64,000 nt of DNA from Octopus sinensis (lineage: Eukaryota): the NCBI RefSeq assembly GCF_006345805.1, contig NC_043014.1, forward strand, positions 51,956,001 through 52,020,000. The letters are read 5' to 3'. How positions within the stretch are numbered: the first letter of the stretch is position 1; each line of letters starts with the position of its first letter. This document shows, piece after piece, positions 53,345-64,000 of the stretch. A program made the position numbers and the translations under genes. The notes beneath the pieces were generated by a model. That model was not told the origin of the DNA. It was given only the letters and a program-made list of their open reading frames with translations, and did no database searches.

Positions 53345-53483
53345 GACGGGCTTCCTTCAGTTTCCGTCTATCAAATCCACTCACAATACCTTGGTCGGCC
53401 CGAGGCTATAGTTGAAGACACTTGCCCAAGTTGCCACGCAGTGAGAATGAAGCTGGAACCATGTGGTTGGTAAGCAAGCTACT
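53074..53483 (-). mobile_element. SINE family A, near full length
   Basis: Reverse complement colinear with about 810-1180, including the internal (TA)n(TG)n. Confidence 0.9.
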
Positions 53484-53527
53484 CATGCGCCACTCATCCA
53501 CAAACATGCGCCTCTTTTCTTTAGACA

Positions 53528-53559
<32 letters not shown>

Positions 53560-54486
53560 TATATAATATATATATATATAAATTGTTAGCCGACATGCAT
53601 GTATGTTAGTAACATACTGTATGTATTCACATATACGATATATATAAGGGACACCCCCATAAACTATAAGCCGTCAACCAAGTATGACATTTTCTAGAAT
53701 TCGTATCCTAGTGAACAAATTACAATCACTGGACAATAAAAAACAGTTTCTCTATTTACATCATACAATCAATGCAATCACAACAGTTGTTCAGATCCCA
53801 TCTTCAGCTGCGTCATGGATATCATTATAGTTTCCACTCACCATCCTGGTTTCGACACCGAAATATATAGATTTTCTAAAAAAAACTTTTATTTACATTT
53901 GATTATCTGCAATGGTGGAAAATTGTAAAATTTTTGCATTTTTCCAAGTTTTGCCAGACAATAATTTGTTTGGATTGCGAATATCTTTTATAAAAATGCA
54001 TTTAACATTTATTTGTTTATGTGAAAAATTGTTTGTATTCAAAACAAATCTTTGGAACAAACACATTCAAACAACGGGTTTGCAAACTTTAATAAATATC
54101 GTTATTTCCTTTACCGATATTTTTCTTTTCAATCAATAATTTGTGCAGAATTCGTGAGGGTGAATTGTTATAGACATTTTAGCGCCGGACCAAATATGAA
54201 AAAGTAATTATTTTCGTAATCGTCTGCTTTTTTTTTTTTTTTATTCTCTCTTATTCACTACGCATCGTTCTTTACCCACTTTTCTTTTGTTGCTTTCTTA
54301 CACACACAGTCTCATTGTTTCTTTCTTTCCTTCTCCGTTTATATCTTTCTGACACTCTCCATTTATCTAAGCCTTTTCTGTTCTCTCTATCTTCGTATAC
54401 ATTTACTATTCATTCCATCAGTCTCTTTTTCTTCTCTCTGTCTCTCTCTCTCGTCGCTCGCTAAATATATATGTAACATATGTATG

Positions 54487-54547
<61 letters not shown>

Positions 54548-54589
54548 GTGTGTGTGTATGAATGTATATATACATATATATATATATGA

Positions 54590-54621
<32 letters not shown>

Positions 54622-54710
54622 GGCTGTGTACATATATGTAAATGTGTATATGTATATACATGTATATATGTATATGAATATCTCAATACAACGCGACGGG
54701 CAAAATACCT

Positions 54711-54809
54711 ATTTCTTTACTACGCACAAGGGGCTAAACATAGAGGGGGCTAAACATAGAGTGGACAAACAAGGACAGACGAACGGATTAAGTCGATTAT
54801 ATGGACCCC
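54711..54809 (-). mobile_element. SINE family B tail type 1 only, with 16-bp internal duplication
   Basis: Reverse complement of the 23020-23100 tail; GGGCTAAACATAGAG repeated. Confidence 0.8.
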
Positions 54810-54824
54810 GCCTTAATAAGAATA

Positions 54825-54892
54825 AGGAGAAGAAAAAAAGGGAGGAGAAGAAGAAGAGAAGAAATAGAAGACAAATTAGAAGGAAAAGCAGC

Positions 54893-54924
<32 letters not shown>

Positions 54925-55045
54925 AAGATGAAGAACGCAATGAAGAAACAAAAGAGGAGGGAGAATTGGTTGGAAGAAGAAAATGAGAGGGGGAGAAGAT
55001 GAGGAAGAGAAGGAAGAAGAAGAAGGAGGAGGAGATCCAGAAGAA
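54825..55045. repeat. (GAA)/(GTA)/(GGA) purine-rich triplet block
   Basis: Direct reading of sequence. Confidence 0.9.
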
Positions 55046-55904
55046 GTTCAATAACATTGACCTAAAGTGATTGACTCTCCCCAGACACAACATTGACAAT
55101 GTTTTACTCCTTGATTAGTGATGGTTTCGCCATCTCTTATTGTAGAATAATTATCTCTGGTTAAATTTATTTAGTAAACATTGCTAGAAGCATGTTCACA
55201 TTAATATTAATGCGATAAAAATACCGAGTTTTTAAAAAGTAACTCATTTTATTTTACTAGGAGTACAACATCGGTTATATTCTTGAAGTAACAATGCGAT
55301 ATTGTTACGGACATGAAATTTCATGGACATTAGTAGAATTATTAAATAGAGATATTTCTTTGAATGGAAGCCAAGATCAATTATATTAACAATCATATTT
55401 AGTAACAAGATACCACAAAAAAAAAGAAAAAAGCAGCAACAGTTTCTGACAACAAATACTCTGCATATATTAAACCGTATTAGAAAAAAAGAACTAAGAG
55501 TCGTATCGTTGAATGGCGGCTTCTGCAAAGTCAAAAAATGAAAAGAAACTCACAACAATAGAGATAAAGGGATAAAGGAGAGGGAAAAGAAGTGCAACAA
55601 AAAAAAAAAAAACGGTGAAAAACATGAAATCTATAATAATGTTTTAACAACTTGATGATATATTATATCACGTTGCTCCTACAAAAATGACAAATTAAAC
55701 ATTTTACAATGTATTAAGTGTCCGAGAGTCGATTCCTCCCTGGATAAGTAAATACATATGTGTTCGTGTACGTACGTATATACATAGATTTATACACACA
55801 CACACCACACCATATATATATATATTATATATATATATATTATATGTATGCGAATAATGATATGACAACAAAAGAATGAATGAGACATCGAATTATGTAA
55901 AATA

Positions 55905-55909
55905 GAGGA

Positions 55910-55941
<32 letters not shown>

Positions 55942-56480
55942 GTATGTATATATATATATGTATATATATATATTTATATATGTATGTATTCAGTTTTGGA
56001 TGCTGGTGGTTGCGCAGGGCATCAATGTATATATAGTTTATATATGTATGTAATATATATATGTATATATATGCATATATATATATATATTTATATAGGT
56101 ATGTAATATATGCATATATATATATTTATATATATAGTATGTATATATATGCATATATATATATTTATATATGTATATATATGTATATATATGCATATAT
56201 ATGTATATATATGCATATATATATATATTTATATATGTATATATATGTTATATATGCAATATATATATTTATATATGTATATATATGTATATATATGCAT
56301 ATATATATATTTATATTGTATATATATGTATATATATGCATATATATATATTTTATATAGGTATGTATATATATGTATATATATATATATGCATATACAT
56401 ATATATGATATATATATATAATGTATGTTATATATATATGTATATATATATATGTGTATGTATATATATATATATACATA
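55905..56480. repeat. Interrupted (TA)n array with TGTA/TGCA variants
   Basis: Direct reading of sequence. Confidence 0.95.
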
Positions 56481-56564
56481 CACACAAACACATACATACA
56501 GAGAGAATGAGTGACACGTATATATTAGAATATATGTAAATAAATAGATGTGTGTGTTTGCATT

Positions 56565-56595
<31 letters not shown>

Positions 56596-57592
56596 TTAAA
56601 CAGACACTCACTCACTCATTCATACACTCAATAGAGGAGCGTAAAGTTTTTTGATATATGGCAATTCCGTTTTTATTTTCAATATATCCAACAATGTTTT
56701 TGTGTGTAGTTGTTTATGTCAGAATTACCTTGTTTTAATGCGTTTAGTAATATAATGGAAATAATAAAAATATAGAGGTTGAAAAAATCGCATTATATAT
56801 ATGTGTGTGTGTGTGTGTGTGTACGAGTGCCTAGATCTGTGTGTGGGTGTGTACACACCATCTATTTTAAACATGACAGGAAATAGGAGATTAAAAGTTT
56901 GCTATAAAATTCACCTTTATAGATGGAAAAAGGAAAAAATATATGTTGATGTGTTGCAATCAATAAAAAATATATATTGACGAAATTTTAGGGTGACGGT
57001 AATGGAAAATAATAAAACCGCAATTTCTTTTAAAGAAATTATATATAACCACACACATACCCACAGAAATCTGTGCAAATATGGGCGTTCTGACATACAA
57101 TGATATATTTTTGTTAATAACTGCTTATCTTTTCTTTTATAGAGTGCAAATGTTGTAGTTGACAAACAAATGAGCTGAATATATATGTGAGACTAGTTCT
57201 GTTTGTTATTGTGTGTGTCAGTGTATTTATATATACATATATGTGTATATATACACACATATATACAATATTATATATATATATATATACATAGCGAGAG
57301 AGAGATGTAAATATGTATATATAAACTGGTATATATGTGTATATGTATACACACACACACATATATATATACACATATGCATGCGCAGACAAACATACAT
57401 ATGCATGCATACACATATTGAACATGGTATATATATATATATATATATATATATGGTGTGTGTGTGTGTGTGTGTGTTGTGTGTATGTATACATCTATGT
57501 ACTGTGTACATATGTGCGTGTATGTATACAATGTATACATATATATATGTATCTATTTCTATCTCTATCTGTATATATACCTATCTATCTAG

Positions 57593-57642
<50 letters not shown>

Positions 57643-58173
57643 GTGTTGTGTGTGTATGTATGTATGTATGTATACATCTATGTACTGTGTACATATGTGC
57701 ATGTATGTATACAATGTATACATATATATATATATATGTATCTATCTCTATCTCTATATATACCCATCCATCTATCTATCTATCTATCAATCTATATATA
57801 TATATATATATATATATACTAATACAAAGGTAATAAGTCGTAGAAAATATAATAAAATAATAAAATAATATTTAATGTTAGGTTGCAATATTTATTGTCT
57901 ACTCGAAATATTTCCAAAAATATATTCCTGAGAAAATGAGTTAAGTTTAATTGAAATAGTGAGTTTCCCGGTGAGATTGATTAGTTTCAGGTTACTAATG
58001 TTAAAGAGAAATAATTATGTTCTTCCTGGACACATTATGTGTTATGATAACGAGAAAAACGATTAACAAACATCAAGTGTTAATGTACTATCATCCGAAT
58101 ATTACTTTTCCACACAATTATATACTTCCATATACATATATATATATATATATATATAGATATGTTTATATAT

Positions 58174-58207
<34 letters not shown>

Positions 58208-59592
58208 TGTATGTATTGTTATTTCACTTATATGTTCTTTCTATCTATTTTTTGTTCAATTTTTCGTTGATTCGCTTTGTGTTTTAAACATTATTCTTTA
58301 TTATTTTAAAGACAATGACAGGAAAAACGTTATTTATAAGAAGACTGATAACTTCCCGTAAATAATACCGTTATATCGTTTGTGCATATATATATATAGG
58401 GACAGAGGTAGAGAGACAGATAGGCAGACAGACAGATACAATCATAAGTATATTGATAATTAGGTGTTCGTATTTTTCCATAGCCATATACGAAAATAAT
58501 AGTCATACTTTGTAAAATCCTTACTATATATTTAAAAATTCACGATGTTTTGCAAGGTGTAAAAGATATCTATATGCATGCATAAGTATTAAAAGTTATG
58601 TCCTGCCCCCACACACACATGCAAATATTCAACCAAACTTCAGGGCCTAATTTTCTTATATTTCAATGTGATAATCACAGATGTGATTATTCTTTTTTTT
58701 TTTTTTGGTAAGAAAAGTGAAAAGAAAATCCCAAAATTCAGTCTGTTTATAAATATATACAAATTACCAGCGCAAATAATGTATATTTTATAAGTAGTAA
58801 CTAGTTCACCTTCTGATTTTCAAACACATATTTCATAGCTTTTTATCATTATTTAATGCTTTCGTAGCAACTGTGCACTCATATTACCGAGCATTATCTA
58901 TAAAGACATGATATAATTGATATAAAAAAAAACCTCGCAAATGCTACATAATTACATACATGGGGTGATTCATACATACACATATATAAATATACATATA
59001 CGCGCACACACAAACATGGGTAGCAGCGTGAAGCCACCCCATGTTTAAGTGGGTGACCTGTTTGTATAAGTAAATGCGCTTGGCTTAGATTTTCCTTTGG
59101 GGCTGGCCAGATCGGAGCAATCTCAAGATTAATCAGACGAAATTGCGAAGATGATCCGGTTCTTGACTGAAGATTGAAGGCTTCGAATGTCCCGTCCGTG
59201 TTTTTTGTATCGTCTTCTAAATGTTTCACGTTCTTGTCCCAGTTTGTATTTTTTGACATTTACATTTACATATATATATATATATATATGAGTGTGTGTG
59301 TAGGTCACATGCTTAAACATGTCCGAGACATACACGAACCCGTAATTCACTGTATTTTGCCGTGGAGAGGAACACTTTTGTTAGGGAGCATCATGAGCTG
59401 ACTCGATGGGTTTCTAACTAATTCTAACTAATTACAGCAAGAAATTTTCTCTGACAGAAAATACAGTGAATGACATTCTTACAGGTTAGAATATGTCCCG
59501 AGCATATCTGGACACTTGACGGATTTGTGGTTGCGCTTAAAACTGCTTAACGCGGCTAACCCATGTCTGTGTCACTCTGTGTGTGCATACAT

Positions 59593-59623
<31 letters not shown>

Positions 59624-59900
59624 CACGTGATCACGTGACCGACCAGACCATCAGATGTTGTTAAACATCGCTAGCCTTCGAATGACGCCACCCCTAAGCG
59701 AGCAGGCCAACAGAAGAAGAGAAAGATTGGGAGAAAGAGTGGTGAAAGAGTACAGCAGGGATATCACACCCCTGCCGGAGTCTCGTGGAGCTTTTAAGTT
59801 TTTTCGCTCAATAAACACACACAACGCCCGGTCTGGGAATTGAAACCGCGATCCTCCGACCTCGTGTCCGCTGCCCTAACCACTGGGCCATTGCGCCTCC
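59624..59900 (-). mobile_element. SINE family C, tail type 1, between two (TA)n arrays
   Basis: Minus strand GGAGGCGCAATGGCCCAGTGGTTAGGGCAGCGG head; TCACGTGATCACGTGA terminus. Confidence 0.85.
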
Positions 59901-60001
<101 letters not shown>

Positions 60002-61367
60002 TTTGAAACTGACTTATGGAAGTCCACCTGAAGATTGTCGATCAAGACAAGAAACGATTGTAGTGGCGGTTTTTTTGACTATTTATTAAAATTTTATGTA
60101 TTGATTAAGTCTTTCCTTGTTTGTTTTGCAAAATAGTGTTTTGTCTCTAATAATATTTTATATAATATATAATATAGTGTGTGTGTGTGTGTGTATGTGT
60201 GTCTGTATGCATGTATGAATCACCCCATGCGTGTATATTTGTGCGTGTTTATAAGGGTGTGCACGTGTGTTGACCTCTGTGTGTATCCTTTGGCTTCTTC
60301 ATTTTAATTTTCTCTCTCTACCTTCCCTTCTCGGTACTTACAGGAATTTCCATATTTCATTATTCAACAATGATCCATGGCAGATTTTTTTTCCTTTTTT
60401 GTCTATACCTTTTGTCCAATAACCTTCTTTCATTTCCTTACACCTTACTATCTTTATTTTCACATCTACCTCTATACTCACGAACTTATAACTGCTTCTT
60501 TCTCCTATTTTCGTTTTTGTACTAAACGTGCATTATCAATGTCGCAAAGTTTTATTCTTCATTACAATTGACCTCGCTAGGTCAAATTATTCTGTTCCAT
60601 TATCTAAAACCTCACCTGTATCTAAATCTCCTAATGTCAGTATTTTTATCCTCACTCCGCTTTAGATTCTGTTTAACAATTCGAAATTCTCTTATATTCC
60701 AAGGAAAGCAGCTGAAATTGAAATTTTCATACATATATATTGATGTACTCCATCAATTTTTATATGATCGTAACCACAGGCTTCCAACACCATTCTTAAA
60801 ACACGCCAACGTACATGGCACAGTGAAATTAAGTTTTTCCTCTACGTAAGTCTTGAGAGAATAGATAGAAATAAATTTGTTAATGGTTTACTGCGAAAAT
60901 TCTCCTTTGGCTAAAACTCTTGGGAAAAACAAATTGGAAAATTCGAAATAACATAGCAAATAGCCACTTTAAAACTAACATTTCTGTTATATTTGAAGCA
61001 AATGTTTCTTTTCGGAATAGAATCATAAAACAATATGGTTCTCATTTGTGATAACCATTCACCAATATTGTTGTGTTGTGTGTATTTGAGTTTTGACATA
61101 AAGCCTCATCTTAACTACCTCACTGTAACATTACCTCAGTTCTGTTCAATCTAAATGTATACTATTATGGATGTATTTTCCTTCTGTCTAACGCAAGCGA
61201 CACGAAATTGTCGTAACTAATGCGGGCATACACACAAATGTAGACGTACGCGCATAAATGGATACGAGTATACGAATGCACATATATACATGCATATAGA
61301 CACATACATATATATGTACATGTATACAAATATATGCCCTTATATAGGTGTGAGTGCAAATATATAA

Positions 61368-61400
<33 letters not shown>

Positions 61401-61473
61401 ACGAGATTCTGAGAAATATGCAGATATATATATATATATATAATATATTTATATATATATATATATAATATAT

Positions 61474-61513
<40 letters not shown>

Positions 61514-61574
61514 TATATATATATTATATATATATATAATATATATATATATATTATATTTATTATACACATTA

Positions 61575-61609
<35 letters not shown>

Positions 61610-61629
61610 ACGAGATTCTGAGAATATGC

Positions 61630-61665
<36 letters not shown>

Positions 61666-61929
61666 GTTTCTTATAATCTCGTTATAGTTTGTGCGTTTTC
61701 CCATATAACTTGCGGAGCCTTTCGTGTTGTAGAGATTACACGGAAGATGGATGTATGAATATAAACTTAAGTGGGTTCAGTCGTTACCAATTTATACATG
61801 AAATCCGTTAGAGGGCCCTATCATCAATCGATCACACGACTACAACAAAAACCACCATGCTGAAACAACATTGCATTTTTTAGTATATATCATAATGGAT
61901 ATGAAGCTAGCTATATTTGAATATTGGCT

Positions 61930-62295
61930 TTACTGCCTTCATGTAATTACATCGTTCTGAGTTCAGAGTCCGTTGAGGTCGACTTTGGCTTTCATTTTTT
62001 CGGGGTCGATGAAAGAAGTACCAGTTACGCAATGGGGTCGGTGTAATTGACTAGCCCCTTCCCCCAAAATTTCAGGCCTTGTGCCTATATTAGAAAGCAT
62101 TATTGTTGTTATTATTATCATTATTATTATTAATATTAATATTATTATCATCATTAAGATGGTCAACCGACAGAGAAAATAAATACTATCATTTTATCAA
62201 TGTTGAGGCTCTGCGTTCAAATTCCGCCGAGGTTTACTTTGCCTTTCATCCTTGAAAGGGTCGAGCACTGAGGTTGATATAATCGATATAATAGC
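61930..62295 (+). mobile_element. Two partial SINE family B copies separated by (ATT)n
   Basis: GTCGACTTTGGCTTTCATTTTTTCGGGGTCGATG (61978) and GTTCAAATTCCGCCGAGG..CTTTGCCTTTCATCC (62214). Confidence 0.7.
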
Positions 62296-63030
62296 CCGTC
62301 TCTTCTACTTGCTTCAGAACCTTCCCCCGAAGTTATCGCTAACCGTCCATACATTTAATTTGGCCTCTCTTCAATACTAAAAACACCATACTTTTTCAGT
62401 CCGAACTCCATTAGGATATCAGCACTGAAATTATACCCCTTATCAACGAAGGAACTTATTTACCATAAAGTTTGAGGTCATTCATGAATATCAAGTGGTT
62501 GAGATTTTGTTTGTGGCTCTTAGATATATACTCACCCTGTGCTTTCTCCAGAATCAGCGTTAGTGGTATCATGCACAGTAAAAAGATCAGTGGAGACAGG
62601 AAGGCCCCTTGAAGGATGCCTCTCCTGATTTCTATTGTCCCTAAACTTCTTCCATATGCTGTCAGTTCAGTCCTCCACTTTGCCATACTTTTTCCAAGTA
62701 ATCGCTCAACATTCGATGCAATACCAAATATGTTCGTACATTCCATAATCCAAGAATGTAGGATCATATCGTTTGCCTTACCATAATCCATCCCTAACAT
62801 AGATAAGTTAGTTTCCCGCCTCTTGCAGTCTCTAAGTACAGTTTTGTCTATCAGGAGTTGATCCTTGTTACTTCTGCCTTACTCTTGCACACTTTCTGCT
62901 CGTTTGGCAGAACTCCATATTTTACCAAATGTCCATACATTGAGTCTGCGACTATTCCAGTCAATAATTTCCATATAAGTAGCAAGCACGATATCGGCCT
63001 GTAATTGTCTACCATAGTTCCTTTCTCGAT
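62293..63030 (-). mobile_element. R4/Dong-clade non-LTR reverse transcriptase fragment (inactive)
   Basis: NYRPISCLLLIWKLLTGI, LPNEQK, DYGKANDMILHSWI, RRGILQGAFLSPLIF, HLIFMNDLKLYGK, then MEFGLKK..G. YMDD appears as FMND; frameshifts present. Confidence 0.85.
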
Positions 63031-63031
63031 G

Positions 63032-63068
<37 letters not shown>

Positions 63069-63129
63069 GTGTTGCTGTTGTTGTTATTATCATCACCATC
63101 ATTTTCATATTATTATTATTATTATTTAT

Positions 63130-63250
63130 ATTCCACTGAGATCGACTTTGTCTTTCATCCCTTTGGGGTCCATTTAATAAGTACCAGTTGAACAATGAGT
63201 GTCGATATAATAGACATACCCATCCCCCGAATATACACGCCTTGATTTCA
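63130..63250 (+). mobile_element. Partial SINE family B
   Basis: GAGATCGACTTTGTCTTTCATCCCTTTGGGGTC..AAGTACCAGTTG. Confidence 0.65.
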
Positions 63251-63255
63251 ATGTA

Positions 63256-63804
63256 TTGGGTTGTCCGGAAAGTGTGTGCCAATTTTTAAAGGAAAGAAAA
63301 AGGTCAATAAATACTAGCCTTTACATTTTTAATCAACCAAATATGAACCATGTTGTTGCACAATGCGTCTCCATCTTTCCTTTAACATGAAAATACCTTC
63401 TTCCCAGAACTGAGGTGGTTTCATGGCAAAGAATTCATCAATGTATCTTTTTACGTCATCCAAGGAATTGAAATTTTTACCATTAAGACTATTCTGCAGG
63501 GACCTGAATAAGTGGGAATCCGAAGGATGGAGGGTGGGGTAACACATCCCAGCCGAGCTGCAGCAATTTTTGTCTGGTTCCCAAAGCATCAGGTGCTGAA
63601 AATGAACATTCTTATCTTCCAATTTAAAGGGTTGCAGAATTAACACAGGTTATAGGAATATAAACTTTCTTCCACGAAAAGATAGCTTTAACTGTGCTCT
63701 AAATGGAGGTGTAGTTAAATCCTATTTTATGGATTCAGCCATGTTCTAAGTTAAGTCGAAATGTAAGCTACTATAAATCGGTACGAATTCTCCGGACAAC
63801 CCAA
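63256..63804 (-). mobile_element. Internally deleted mariner transposon with both TIRs and TA TSD
   Basis: TIR TTGGGTTGTCCGGA at both ends (about 30 bp imperfect); TA at 63254-55 and 63805-06. Remnant (L)EDKNVHFQHLMLWE joined to TRQKLLQLGWDVLPHPP and PSDSHLFRSLQNSLNGKNF..ERWRRIVQQHGSY. Confidence 0.9.
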
Positions 63805-64000
63805 TAGAATCATTTACGGATCATAACGTATGCTAATATGTGCCATTCCTTCTTGTTTGTTAAGTATTAGAATGCAATTTGAACAAGATTTGGTTGTTAA
63901 TCGTACTGGACTGAAGGAAAAATCATAAAGACCGCCTCCGTCAGTTTGTGATGGCTTTTGGCTACGCTTAAGGTCGCCTTTTAGCAATCTGCTTTCAAAT

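Noticed and set aside
55905-56480. Phase shifts (TAAT/ATTA) and TGCA/TGTA variants in TA arrays as an encoded pattern
   Set aside because: No stable higher-order period is visible; slippage mutation or consensus error in long TA tracts explains them.
59160-59200. Plus-strand CTGAAGA..CTTCGAATGTC hammerhead-like motif
   Set aside because: GAAA is broken and stem II cannot close; at most a dead terminal-repeat remnant.
60780-60845. 66-nt candidate exon (CAG|...TAC|GTAAGT) with two open frames
   Set aside because: The donor is strong but the acceptor has a poor pyrimidine tract and the peptide is unrecognisable; needs RNA-seq.

Overview
Eukaryotic, very AT-rich, microsatellite-saturated DNA with no protein-coding exon I can identify. 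Nearly all ORFs in the track are translations of (TA)n/(CA)n or triplet repeats. The repeat content matches my recollection of octopus genomes (inference, not verified). It includes at least four tRNA-headed SINE families with about 30 full or partial copies, and fragments of CR1-group, R4/Dong and possibly RTE LINEs. There are also Penelope-like terminal-repeat fragments, two mariner remnants, a non-autonomous Helitron and MITEs. The window is probably part of a very long intron or intergenic DNA. Two signals stand out. (1) At 11181-11299 (+) a near-consensus 3' splice site abuts a consensus 5' splice site (CAG|GTGAGT), with a second donor 76 nt downstream: the recursive-splicing / RS-exon architecture. 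(2) At 51102-51150 (-) there is an intact minimal type I hammerhead ribozyme inside an inverted pair of Penelope-like repeats whose + strand twin is disabled. Boundaries of degenerate repeats are approximate.
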